A stretch of 64,000 nt of DNA from an uncultured cyanobacterium. GTDB taxonomy: Bacteria; Cyanobacteriota; Cyanobacteriia; PCC-9006; JAAUQQ01. The stretch spans positions 4,128,001-4,192,000 of the forward strand of contig OY970368.1 of NCBI GenBank assembly GCA_963718615.1, read 5' to 3'. Numbering within the stretch: position 1 is the first letter of the stretch; each line of letters opens with the position of its first letter. Both the position numbers and the translations under genes were made by a program. The notes below the pieces were generated by a model that made no database searches, was not told the origin of the DNA, and saw nothing but the letters and a program-made list of their open reading frames with translations. Positions 1 to 9,761 of this stretch are shown here, piece after piece.

Positions 1-136
1 GATTGTGAAAGAAACAGAGGGTGCGAGGAGAATAAAGCTTATGCATGAATTTCTTTTCAGAGTTCATAAAGCCCCTGCTGTGAGTGAAAGCACTCATGGA
101 CTTTGAAGGAATGAGTTTCTAGGAGGCTCCAGACCT

Positions 137-3100
137 CTACCCAGAAATAGCGTATGACAGTGGAGTAGAGAGTTGTTGCTTTAACATTGCAGTACGGATC
201 GCCTCAGGCCATGGAGCAGGTATAGGCGTTCCATTGGCTTGACGATTTGCCCAAATCACCTCTTGCGCTCCAGTGTGTAGCTTTTCTAGCTCTTGGTTGG
301 GCAGTTCTCGGAAAAACTCAAAGTTGAATACAGCACCACATTCAGTCATCTGCTGAAGATAGAGATGAACACGAACTTTATCAAAGGGCATTGCCTCTCG
401 CATATAGTTCATGTGGCTATAGAGTGGTATTACCTCCCCTTGTGCAGTTGAGACTCGAAAATATTGAGGTGCCAACGAGTACAGAAAAAGATCAATGGCC
501 CGACCTTGCCAAATGAAATAATTACCGTAGTAAACGTTTCCAACTAGGTTAGCCTCTTCCAATGTAGTTTGGAAAACTTCAGTAAAGATCAAATCCCCAT
601 AGGGTACTTGTGGAGATTGGTAATGGATAGGACCTAAGTCAATTTCAGTCAAACTAGAGGGCAAAGCCTGTAATGTATCCGTTGGTGATTCTTTCAAATC
701 AATCGCTGCGGGAGATTTCGCTGCGAACTGAGCCATGTAGTCTTGCAAGTAATCTGGCATCGCTTCTGGTGAAGGAATACCATAGCTGAGTAACCGAACC
801 CATGTGGCATTCACTTCTGCCATGGCAATCCGCTCTAAGCTTTGATCGGATAATACTTTACAAAATTCGATGTAGGTTGCGAACGAAGAGTTAACAAGGT
901 TACCCAGCCAACACCGGGCTTGGATCGTGTCGTAGGTGGTGGCTTCTCCTAAGACCCGTAAGCTCACACTGTTGGTTACCATACCGAATTGACCACTAAG
1001 GAAGTCGGGAATCAGTTTTTCTGCCATGCTTCGCATGGGTAATTCCCGAATTTTTCCAACCCAACTGATGTACTGGGATACAGTTACTTTGCGACTGATG
1101 CTACATCCTTCTTTGAAAGTGACTGGAAAACGCTTCTCGTAGACGGGTTGGTTTTGGGGACCATCTTCCGTAATTCGAGTTCGATGTTCCCCTGGACGAA
1201 TGATTCCATAGGGATCGATGTAGTTCTCTTCTCCTTGGGTTAACGGATTGACCTGCACGAGTCCACGCTCAGATTGCTCCACGACCACTGCCAGCATTCG
1301 CTTAGGATGACGGGTGAGTTGCAAGGGGAGAGTTAAGACGTAGTAATTCGCTTGGGGGGTCTGAGCTTTCAGAAGGACTACACTGCCCTCACGCTGTTCG
1401 ATCTGGAGGGTAACTTCAAGGCCATTGAAAGCCTTATGAGTTGCCTCCAGAGCTGACCACACCCTAGTGCCCGCCACATCACAATCGTCACCGGATGCAA
1501 TGAGCTGATTAACGATTGTGGATCGAGCCTGACTCAACAACGCGACCCAATCCGCTTGGGAACGATGCTCAATGGACTCGATATCACAGCCTTGAGGGGT
1601 TGCTGCAACGCTACAGATACAGTAGTGATCATCGTGGGACAGCGAGAGTGAGGGCGGTAACTTTAGATCTTGAAACACCTTTCCCGTCAAATAGGGTTGA
1701 CCAGAACGATGGGTTCTAATGGCAAAGTCAAGGTCAGCCTTATCTGAGTCAAGGGCAAGAGTCTTTTGGATGGCCCGTTCAACAATACTTTTTTCAACCT
1801 GTCGGCGCTTTTTTTTGCTCTGTGCGCCTAGGGCGGGAGCATAGCCCAAGGCCATGATAGGGGAAATAAGGCCCATTTGATTGCAGGATATGCTGAGAGC
1901 TTGTTGCAAATTCATCTGATCTCGCTGCTCTGGCATAGCCAATTCCGCTGCGGTCGGATTCTCGGGATGCTCTTCCAAGATTCTCAGTCGATATCCCTGC
2001 AAATGCTCGACGATCGCCCCAAGTTCATTAGTAGCGATGACTTCACAAATATATTCCTTGTCGATTTTTTCCTTGAGAATAGCGGTGATGAGCCGTCGGC
2101 CTTCTCCTGTAGCAGGATTTTGGCAGAAATCGATCCGTTTGATTTCAACAGGGAGACAAATATCTTGAGGAATATTGAGCTGCATGCACTGAAGCAGAAC
2201 ATCCCGAAAATAGGGGTCACCTAGGAGAAAAGCACTGCCATGACCGATGGGAAATCCAGTTTCTTGTAGGTCCGTTGAAGTCTGAGCATGGGATTCCAGT
2301 AGACTCTGTTCTCGACTGAGGGAGAAGATCTGATCCATTTGCTGAAACAAGTTACCCTGGAACAGCAAACTTCCATAGAGATCTCGTTTGGGTTCAATGG
2401 CTAATGCTTGACCCAGTTCGTGTTTTAGGGGTTGACTGGATTGCCGTTTTCCGAGGACCAAGGTTGCAGAAAAATGATCGGCTTGAAATCCAGTTTGTTC
2501 AGTTCGAATCCCAACTTTAATGGCGCGTTCTCCCTCGGCATTCAGTTCAGCCACTTCTGCGTGGATTTCGATGACTACGCCGGAGTTCGGATCCACGACC
2601 ACAGGGCGGCGCAGGGAAATGTTTTCAAAACGAGCGATCGCAGGCTCGGTCTCACCAACCACTACTGCCGCCGCTTGAGCCATAGCTTCTAGGCCAAACA
2701 CGGTGGGAAAAAGATAGGAACCTCGCCAGATATGGTCCTTGATGTATAGATCTCGTTCCAAATTCAGATGGGTCCGAACGGTCAATTCTACCCCAGGCTC
2801 CAGATACCGAATCTGTTCAATAAACCGAAGGTTATCCGTTGCAATCTGAGGTAAGGGTGACCAGGTGTCTAACCCCCCCAGGGGCGCTGCAATGACAACT
2901 TGTTGGACGCCGGGGTTACGGTGGAAGAGTTTGACACAGCGTTCAATCCCTTCCTGAGGAGAGATGGCACCAATTCCCATGCGTTCCAGATTTTTGACGC
3001 TGCCCATGCGGGCCCCCATGCCCACTTCATCCCAAACACTATAAGCCAAGGAGATGATTTGGGTCTCTGGATGTAAATGGGCAAAGCGTTGTAGGAGTAA

Positions 3101-5323
3101 GTTTAAGGTTTCATTGGCAAAGCCATACCAACTGTTTCCAGGCATTCCGGTGACACCAATAATGGAGGTGAAGGCCAGAAAGAGTTTAGGAGGGCAATCC
3201 GCCATTGTCTGCAATAGATTCTGAGCTCCGATCAGTTTCGGGCTCACTTCTGCCTGAGCGGATTCTAGGCTAACTTGCTCAACGCGACGGGGCGTGTTCA
3301 AACCAGCGCCATGGATCACACCGGTCACGGGACCCAGGTCTGTCTTGATAGTCTGGAGCAGGGCTTCAACGGATGCGAGGTTGGTAATATCACAGCAATA
3401 GTATTGAGCGGACAGATCCCGTTGACGATATCGATCGAGAGTTTTGATAATTTCGCTTTTACCGGTTTCTAGGTCTGGTGTAGGTAGAGGGGAACGACCA
3501 ACGAGGGCCATTTTTGCACCAGTGGATTCGGCGATCGCCAGGGCACATTCAGCCGTGATCCCCTTGGCACCTCCCGTTACAAGAATGACATCATCGCTAG
3601 TCCAAGACTGTTCTCTTGGTGTATAGTCAACGGGCTGTTGTAGCTGTGATTGAGGGACTCGACGGACCTGCTGGACATCGTAGCCTGCGGTGACGATGGG
3701 GTCTGCTCCGGACAGCTCCGTCATCACGAGCTCAGCTCCTACCGTGGGAGAGAGCGTAGCACACAGGTCGATAACCCTCACTCGCAAAGACAGGCGTTCT
3801 AGGTGCAAGCTACGCGCAAAAGCCGCAGCACAACAGGATTCTGGAGAAGGAGCGATCGCCTCATCGCTCCATTGAGTACCAAAATAACCTCCCCCAAATT
3901 GAACATAGGCCAAACAAAACTCTGGGCTATTATTGACCAGTATTGCCACACTTTTAAGCCTTGCAATCATCGACTCCAAGGGCAAAGGCGATAACTCTGC
4001 ATTGGAGTCAACAGGCTGCGGAAGAACAGCCACAATATGGGTATCGTTAGCCTGCTGCACCACATCTTGAGTAGACAACAGTTCCGCGAAGGTCAGGGTA
4101 GAAACCTCACCGCCTAGAGACCGAATCTGAAAGCCTAGGGCAGCGACAAACGGATCATCAGCAGTATCTGCAATCAAGCGAACTTGGGCCTGAGACCAAT
4201 TTTCGACGGATCGAGTTGGCACCGCTGCCTCTACATATTCAACTGCAAAGTTCCTCACCCATTGGCCCAATGTCGGACGATTCAATGGGGCAGATTGAAG
4301 ATTACTTTTGGCCTTTGAAGTCGCAACAAGCACCGCCTGAGTCAGAGCCGAAGCATCCTCCAAGGCGATTACCACATCTGCTAAAGTGGCATTCGCCAAG
4401 CTGGATGGATCTAGCTGACCATCAATCCCGAGCTGCTTTGCAGCCCTAGCAACGAGATCCGCTGCTTTGATCGAATCAAGGTTCAAATCATCAAGCAATC
4501 GCATCTCCATCGTTAGGGATGATTGGGGAAAGCCAGTACTCGCCTCCACCAAGTTCAACAGCATTTGCGATATGTTTTTCCCAGGGGGAACATTCGCGAG
4601 GGGAAGGGCGTCAATTCCCCTATCAGCTCCCCCATCAACCTTTGGGAGGGTGTCACAAATGGCTTTTGCCACCTCAGCCAACGTAGCATTTGCTAGGGCA
4701 GCGGGCTCCAAGTCTCCTGTGACTCCAAACTGCTTAGCCGTTAAAGCAACTACCTCCCCAGCCTTGATGGAATCAAGGTTCAAATCATCCAGTAGCCGTG
4801 AGTCTAAGCCAATGCTGTCCTTAGGATATCCAGTCTTGTCAACAATCAGGTTCACGAGAGTCGCAACAACCTGATCGTAAACAGATTGAGTCGGAACTGG
4901 AATGGGAACAGGCTGAGGAGAAACAGGTTGATGAGACAATACTGCACTGTCTACAGAAGAAGGCTTAAAGGCCGTCACAGGTTCTGCAAGAATTGAGCTC
5001 TTTAAACGGCCATTTTCATGATGGCGATCGCCATGGTTCCCATTATTATTTCCTTGATTAAAATAATGACCGTGGCCATTGAGGTTACCATTACTAACAC
5101 CATTTGTACTCCCATTAGAATCGTCACAAGGAACAGCATTGCCATTGCGATGATGATGTTCAATAGCAGTAGAACGACTATCACTATGATTACGGGAAAT
5201 CAGTTTTTGATGGGGCAATGTCCGCAAATCGGCGCGAATCACCTGAGCAAGGAATTCACCTCTAGTCGAAAAGTATTGAGAGAGTAGTTGAAGTATCTCT
5301 CGATCTAAATGATTATCCTTCAT
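137..5323 (-). CDS. Enediyne-type (PksE-like) iterative PKS, C-terminal subunit: ACP-ACP-KR-DH-PPTase-hotdog TE-hotdog TE
   Basis: Two ACPs (LLDDLNLDSIKA); KR (VTGGAKGIT, WYGFAN); DH (KDHIWRGSYLFP, LLGDPYFRD); PksE-style PPTase (SLSH...GCDIE...RVWSALEA); C-terminal EEANLVGNVYYGNYFIWQG resembles SgcE10/CalE7 thioesterases. ORF track starts at 5341; ATG at 5323 preceded by AGGA is preferred. Confidence 0.88.
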   Translation of the reverse strand: MKDNHLDREILQLLSQYFSTRGEFLAQVIRADLRTLPHQKLISRNHSDSRSTAIEHHHRNGNAVPCDDSNGSTNGVSNGNLNGHGHYFNQGNNNGNHGDRHHENGRLKSSILAEPVTAFKPSSVDSAVLSHQPVSPQPVPIPVPTQSVYDQVVATLVNLIVDKTGYPKDSIGLDSRLLDDLNLDSIKAGEVVALTAKQFGVTGDLEPAALANATLAEVAKAICDTLPKVDGGADRGIDALPLANVPPGKNISQMLLNLVEASTGFPQSSLTMEMRLLDDLNLDSIKAADLVARAAKQLGIDGQLDPSSLANATLADVVIALEDASALTQAVLVATSKAKSNLQSAPLNRPTLGQWVRNFAVEYVEAAVPTRSVENWSQAQVRLIADTADDPFVAALGFQIRSLGGEVSTLTFAELLSTQDVVQQANDTHIVAVLPQPVDSNAELSPLPLESMIARLKSVAILVNNSPEFCLAYVQFGGGYFGTQWSDEAIAPSPESCCAAAFARSLHLERLSLRVRVIDLCATLSPTVGAELVMTELSGADPIVTAGYDVQQVRRVPQSQLQQPVDYTPREQSWTSDDVILVTGGAKGITAECALAIAESTGAKMALVGRSPLPTPDLETGKSEIIKTLDRYRQRDLSAQYYCCDITNLASVEALLQTIKTDLGPVTGVIHGAGLNTPRRVEQVSLESAQAEVSPKLIGAQNLLQTMADCPPKLFLAFTSIIGVTGMPGNSWYGFANETLNLLLQRFAHLHPETQIISLAYSVWDEVGMGARMGSVKNLERMGIGAISPQEGIERCVKLFHRNPGVQQVVIAAPLGGLDTWSPLPQIATDNLRFIEQIRYLEPGVELTVRTHLNLERDLYIKDHIWRGSYLFPTVFGLEAMAQAAAVVVGETEPAIARFENISLRRPVVVDPNSGVVIEIHAEVAELNAEGERAIKVGIRTEQTGFQADHFSATLVLGKRQSSQPLKHELGQALAIEPKRDLYGSLLFQGNLFQQMDQIFSLSREQSLLESHAQTSTDLQETGFPIGHGSAFLLGDPYFRDVLLQCMQLNIPQDICLPVEIKRIDFCQNPATGEGRRLITAILKEKIDKEYICEVIATNELGAIVEHLQGYRLRILEEHPENPTAAELAMPEQRDQMNLQQALSISCNQMGLISPIMALGYAPALGAQSKKKRRQVEKSIVERAIQKTLALDSDKADLDFAIRTHRSGQPYLTGKVFQDLKLPPSLSLSHDDHYCICSVAATPQGCDIESIEHRSQADWVALLSQARSTIVNQLIASGDDCDVAGTRVWSALEATHKAFNGLEVTLQIEQREGSVVLLKAQTPQANYYVLTLPLQLTRHPKRMLAVVVEQSERGLVQVNPLTQGEENYIDPYGIIRPGEHRTRITEDGPQNQPVYEKRFPVTFKEGCSISRKVTVSQYISWVGKIRELPMRSMAEKLIPDFLSGQFGMVTNSVSLRVLGEATTYDTIQARCWLGNLVNSSFATYIEFCKVLSDQSLERIAMAEVNATWVRLLSYGIPSPEAMPDYLQDYMAQFAAKSPAAIDLKESPTDTLQALPSSLTEIDLGPIHYQSPQVPYGDLIFTEVFQTTLEEANLVGNVYYGNYFIWQGRAIDLFLYSLAPQYFRVSTAQGEVIPLYSHMNYMREAMPFDKVRVHLYLQQMTECGAVFNFEFFRELPNQELEKLHTGAQEVIWANRQANGTPIPAPWPEAIRTAMLKQQLSTPLSYAISG

Positions 5324-5330
5324 GATGGTC

Positions 5331-8300
5331 CTATTGAGCAAAAGAAACGAAATTCATATCAGCCTGAATGATTTCAGCTAGAAAATCTCCCCGACGGGCA
5401 AAGTAGTCCGACAAGACATCAAGAAATTCATCTTCGGTGAATTGTCTATTAGACGTAGGTTGCAGCAATTTGTCTGATGTTTCTACAGGGGTAAGCCCCA
5501 CATAGGCAGAGGAGAAAAAGGGTTGGGTCTCGGGGACCTGTAAAGGGTTTTCGCAGGGATTGCCAATGAATAGAAGCTTAGAGGGAGAAACGTATGGACG
5601 AACCATGCGATTTTCAAAAACCTTATTCCATTGAATCGCACCGCCGTAGATAAAAATGTTGGCAAGGAACGTATTGAAACTTAGGTCTTCTCCGGCTCTT
5701 GATTCCACCGAAAAAGCATCAGGAGGATTGCCATTGGTATTGGCCTGTACTAGTTTCGACAATACTTGCCCTGTCCCCACTTCAACCATCAGGTCACACC
5801 TGGAACTCATGGTGTTGATGAGTGCGATAAAATTGACCTGAGAGGTGAGTTGCTGAGCGAAGTATTCATGCAGCTTAGTTCCTGCTTCGACGGGCTGCCC
5901 CGTCATGGCAGAAATAATCGGGATATCCAGGGATGGTAATTGAAGAGGGATTGGAGCATTAGCCTTGATGTGGACCGCTGCCTCTTGCACCAGTGCAGAG
6001 TGAAACCCATTGGAAACCGCGAGCTGGCGAACGTATATGCTGCGTTCTGCGGCCAATTGCATCACTTGCTCCAGGCTGTGGTGATGCCCTGAGACAACGG
6101 TCTGCTGAGGATGGTTGATATTGGCAACAACGGCATAGCCTTGAACCTGTTGCAACAGCATTTCTGCCGTTGAGCGATCGCATCCCAAACTCACCATCGT
6201 CCCCGCTTGATCCTTCGGCAACAGAGTCGCTTTGCCACGAATGGCCGCGAACTGAATCAGGGTTTTTGCATCATAGGCACCAGCCGCGTAGAAGGCTGCT
6301 AACTCGCCCAAACTATGCCCCCCCACAGCGACAGGCCTGACTCCCAGTTGTATTAAATACCGATACCACAACAGCGAAGCTAAACAAATGGCAACGGGTG
6401 CAATATCAGCACGGGCCAAGGCCTGCTTCCAAACCTCTAACTCTTCCGAACTTGCCGCGCGGTCGATGGGGCGTAGCATATAGCCACTAATGGGCTCACA
6501 GCCAATTTCCGCCAGCCAACCATCCGCTTCTTGGAGCAACGTCTGCGCCCAGGGATGACGTTCGATCAAGACCCTCGCCATGTTGAGTTGTTGCGACCCC
6601 TGACCTGGAAAGAGGAAGGCCACGCGATCGTGTCGGATAGCATTACTAAGCCAAACTGTCGGCAATGGCTCCTGTACCCCTGTGAGCACCGTTCCCGGTG
6701 GGCAGGGCCGTTTTTTGGCTAAGTCCTGCAATTGCTCCAGTCGTTGTACCAAACCCTTGGGCGAATTTGCAATGACAGCAGCCCGAATCGGCTGGTGAGG
6801 ATTCACCTGTTGAGCTAAGTGCGCCGCCAAGTCTACCATTTCCGCTAGACTGATATCTTTGGCATCAACAGCAATAGCAGCTACTCGATCAATCAAAGCA
6901 GGAATGCTATCAGCGGTTAGAACAAATAATTCAGTTTCCTGATGAGAAACCAACAGCGCGCGCTCCGGCAACCTCGGTTTCCATCGATCCCTGGGCGGAT
7001 CCCCTGAGGTAATCGTCGCATGACAGTTAATCCCCCCAAAGCCCATGGCGGAGATTCCTGCGGTTAAGACTTCACTGGGTTGTCGCACCTCTCCCTGGAG
7101 GATGGGATAAACAGACTGGGCCACCGAATTAAAGATGGGATTGGGCTCTTTACAACCACAGGTGGGCGGCAAAATACGCTGATTGACCGCCATCACAGCC
7201 TTGATGAAGCCTCCCACACCCGCCGCCGCTTTTGTATGTCCAACCAATGATTTAAAAGATGTCAATCCCACTTTGCGTGGGGCTAGCTCCCCATCCGCAG
7301 CTAAGGCTAGGGCAATGGCTTCGACTTCCGTGCGATCGCCCACGGGAGTGCCAGTCCCATGTCCCTCAATGAAATCAAGTTGATGACTGCTATATCCAGC
7401 ACGCTCGTAGGCACGTCGCAAGGCCTTCGACTGACCGATTTTAGAGGGTGCCGTGATACCTCCCTTGCCATCGGAGGAAATGGCCCAGCCATTGAGCAAA
7501 GCATAAACATAATCTCCATCTCGGCGGGCATCTTCTAAGCGCTTCAGCACCACACAGCCACAGCCTTCCCCAGGGATAAAGCCGCTCGCAACGCGATCGT
7601 AAACGGTCATGTCTTGGGCGGTTAAAGCTCCAACCTTGGCAAAACCAATCAGCTCAAAGGTATCGAGACTAATATCTACGCCCCCGGCCAAAGCAATATC
7701 TAAATCGCCGTTGACGAGAGCATTAGCTGCTGTTGCGATAGCAATGAGAGAAGAAGAACAAGCCCCATCAACGGTGTAGCCCCCCCCCTTAAAATCAAAG
7801 AAGTTACAAACGCGACCGGCGATTGTATTGGAGAGTCCACCGGCTAAAGAATCTTCAGTAATGGGTGCGAATGCAGATTTATAAACCTCCTCCATCAAAG
7901 CAACGAGTTCTTCGGTGACGAGATCCGACATGCCCTTGGCCGCAGCGGCTGCACGCAGAGCACGTCTTACAAATGGCCAACGCAACCGGACAGTGGTCGA
8001 TCGAGTTTGCTCACCGGTCAATGTATTTCCTAGGACAAAACCAGTACGTTCCGTTGGAATAGTTTCTTTTGTGTAACCAGCATCTTCCAATGCTTTCATT
8101 GCTGTTTCCAAGGCCAGCCAATGCACAACATCCGTTGATTCAAATGCTGTTTTAGGAATGCGCCGCTTTACCCAATCAAATTCAAAGCCATCAATCACCG
8201 CTGCTCGGTCCCCGTAAGTCTTATCCATCGCAGCAGGATCGGGATCATAATAGTCTGCAATGGGAAGTCGAATGTCAAGGGACCGACGAAACTGTTGTCG

Positions 8301-8444
8301 CTTGGATAAAATGTTTTCCCAAAGCGATCGCAAATCACTAGCCCCAGGATAATGGCACCCCATACCCACGACAGCTATTTTGGGACTTGAATCTTTGAAA
8401 CCCGATTGAAGATCAGGCGTTTGAACAGTGCTCGAATCATTCAT
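5331..8444 (-). CDS. Enediyne-type (PksE-like) iterative PKS, KS-AT subunit
   Basis: KS motifs DGACSSS, EGHGTGT, GHTKAAAG; PksE-characteristic segments STDVVHWLAL, GNTLTGE...LRWPFVRR, EDSLAGGLSNTIAGR; AT motifs FPGQGSQ, GHSLG, GFHS. ATG at 8444 (ORF track 8459). Confidence 0.9.
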   Translation of the reverse strand: MNDSSTVQTPDLQSGFKDSSPKIAVVGMGCHYPGASDLRSLWENILSKRQQFRRSLDIRLPIADYYDPDPAAMDKTYGDRAAVIDGFEFDWVKRRIPKTAFESTDVVHWLALETAMKALEDAGYTKETIPTERTGFVLGNTLTGEQTRSTTVRLRWPFVRRALRAAAAAKGMSDLVTEELVALMEEVYKSAFAPITEDSLAGGLSNTIAGRVCNFFDFKGGGYTVDGACSSSLIAIATAANALVNGDLDIALAGGVDISLDTFELIGFAKVGALTAQDMTVYDRVASGFIPGEGCGCVVLKRLEDARRDGDYVYALLNGWAISSDGKGGITAPSKIGQSKALRRAYERAGYSSHQLDFIEGHGTGTPVGDRTEVEAIALALAADGELAPRKVGLTSFKSLVGHTKAAAGVGGFIKAVMAVNQRILPPTCGCKEPNPIFNSVAQSVYPILQGEVRQPSEVLTAGISAMGFGGINCHATITSGDPPRDRWKPRLPERALLVSHQETELFVLTADSIPALIDRVAAIAVDAKDISLAEMVDLAAHLAQQVNPHQPIRAAVIANSPKGLVQRLEQLQDLAKKRPCPPGTVLTGVQEPLPTVWLSNAIRHDRVAFLFPGQGSQQLNMARVLIERHPWAQTLLQEADGWLAEIGCEPISGYMLRPIDRAASSEELEVWKQALARADIAPVAICLASLLWYRYLIQLGVRPVAVGGHSLGELAAFYAAGAYDAKTLIQFAAIRGKATLLPKDQAGTMVSLGCDRSTAEMLLQQVQGYAVVANINHPQQTVVSGHHHSLEQVMQLAAERSIYVRQLAVSNGFHSALVQEAAVHIKANAPIPLQLPSLDIPIISAMTGQPVEAGTKLHEYFAQQLTSQVNFIALINTMSSRCDLMVEVGTGQVLSKLVQANTNGNPPDAFSVESRAGEDLSFNTFLANIFIYGGAIQWNKVFENRMVRPYVSPSKLLFIGNPCENPLQVPETQPFFSSAYVGLTPVETSDKLLQPTSNRQFTEDEFLDVLSDYFARRGDFLAEIIQADMNFVSFAQ

Positions 8445-8686
8445 CTTTAAGCATCCCAAAAGACAATCAAAATCACCTAATGAGTCTCGATTAAGCAGTC
8501 AGGCTAGAATGAATGAATCTCAAGGCATAGCCTCAAGGTATAGCCACTTAATTTACGACTAGCTACTACTACGAAATCACAGCACCAAATCCGGAAGAAC
8601 TCGGACTTCAAACAACAGGTAAATTAAGGATCAAAAAGTTTTTACTCAAGACCAAGAAGGCAATAGCATCTCCACCTCAATTTGTT

Positions 8687-8734
8687 CACAAAGTCATACA
8701 AAACAGATCACAAAGAGGCACAAAGAGGCACAAA
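8687..8734. promoter_or_regulatory. Phased YACAAA direct repeats in a divergent intergenic region
   Basis: YACAAA at 8687, 8697, 8709, 8719 and 8729 (10-12 bp spacing) between the divergent KS-AT and hydrolase genes; function inferred. Confidence 0.35.
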
Positions 8735-8906
8735 ACAGAAAAGATGCGCACCCAAGCGACCAAACAAAATCACACGAATAAACGAGCGAACGTGTTCCTC
8801 CCTGTCATGGTATGCGTAAAGTTAACTGTAATTGAGTCAGAACGTTACGATAATGATCCAACAGAATGACTATCAAACATTGAAGAGAAGATTAGGGGAC
8901 AACATC

Positions 8907-9692
8907 ATGCAGACCCAGACAATAACCACAGAGCTGGGAGAGATCTCGGTTAGTCTCACACTCAGCCTCGATCCACAGGCCAAAGGACAGCCCCTTGTGT
9001 TTATGCATGGCATTTTTCTAGACAAGACGTTGTGGTTTGACTGCTCCAGAGCCTTTTCAGACCGTCAGCACATCTATATTGATATGCCTGCCCACGGTCA
9101 GAGCTCAGATGTGGGTCGCCCTTGGAGGCTGGAAGAATGCGTAGCTATGTTGATCCGAGTCCTAGATACCCTAAAGGTCGAAACCTGTATTGCGGTTGGT
9201 CACTCTTGGGGAGGCATGACGGCTTTACGGGCGGCAGCACAGCATCCTGAACGATTCAAAGCCCTATGCTTGTTTAATACACCTTTTCAAGCAGCCACTG
9301 GGATGCGCAGAGTTGGCTTTCACTTGCAAAAGTTCGTGGCTCGTTTTCAACGCTTCTATGCCCAACAGGCTGCTAAATCGATGTATTCCCAAACTTGTCG
9401 AGAGGCTCACCCTGAACTCTCACAACAGATGCAGGGGCGGCTTGCCGTAAGGTCAGGTCAGGAAATTGCACAGGTTATCGATGCGGTGATTCTCGGCGCG
9501 GGTGACTCAACCCCTCTGCTACAGCATTTACAAATTCCTATTTTATTTGTAATAGGTCAGTCAGACTTTGTCGGGATACCTCCCAGGGAGACGCTCATCG
9601 TTCCAGGGCGGCACATCAGCCCCCATGAGGCTCCTGAAGAGATCAGGTTGGCTATGCAATATTTTCTTAGCTCACTAGAGACATCTTTTTAG
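8907..9692 (+). CDS. Alpha/beta fold hydrolase
   Basis: HG oxyanion motif, DMPAHGQS, nucleophile elbow GHSWG, C-terminal catalytic His (GRHISPHE); ATG at 8907 after AGGGG (ORF track 8832). Confidence 0.88.
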   Translation: MQTQTITTELGEISVSLTLSLDPQAKGQPLVFMHGIFLDKTLWFDCSRAFSDRQHIYIDMPAHGQSSDVGRPWRLEECVAMLIRVLDTLKVETCIAVGHSWGGMTALRAAAQHPERFKALCLFNTPFQAATGMRRVGFHLQKFVARFQRFYAQQAAKSMYSQTCREAHPELSQQMQGRLAVRSGQEIAQVIDAVILGAGDSTPLLQHLQIPILFVIGQSDFVGIPPRETLIVPGRHISPHEAPEEIRLAMQYFLSSLETSF

Positions 9693-9739
9693 ATAATTGC
9701 GACCTAGGAGGTAGATCGACCTAAAAGGAGACAGAGGAT

Positions 9740-9761
9740 CTCTTGCGCGATCGCGCAAGAG
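9740..9761. terminator. Perfect 22-bp palindrome centred on HIP1; probable terminator/hairpin after the hydrolase
   Basis: CTCTTGCGCGA|TCGCGCAAGAG, about 50 bp downstream of the hydrolase stop. Confidence 0.45.
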
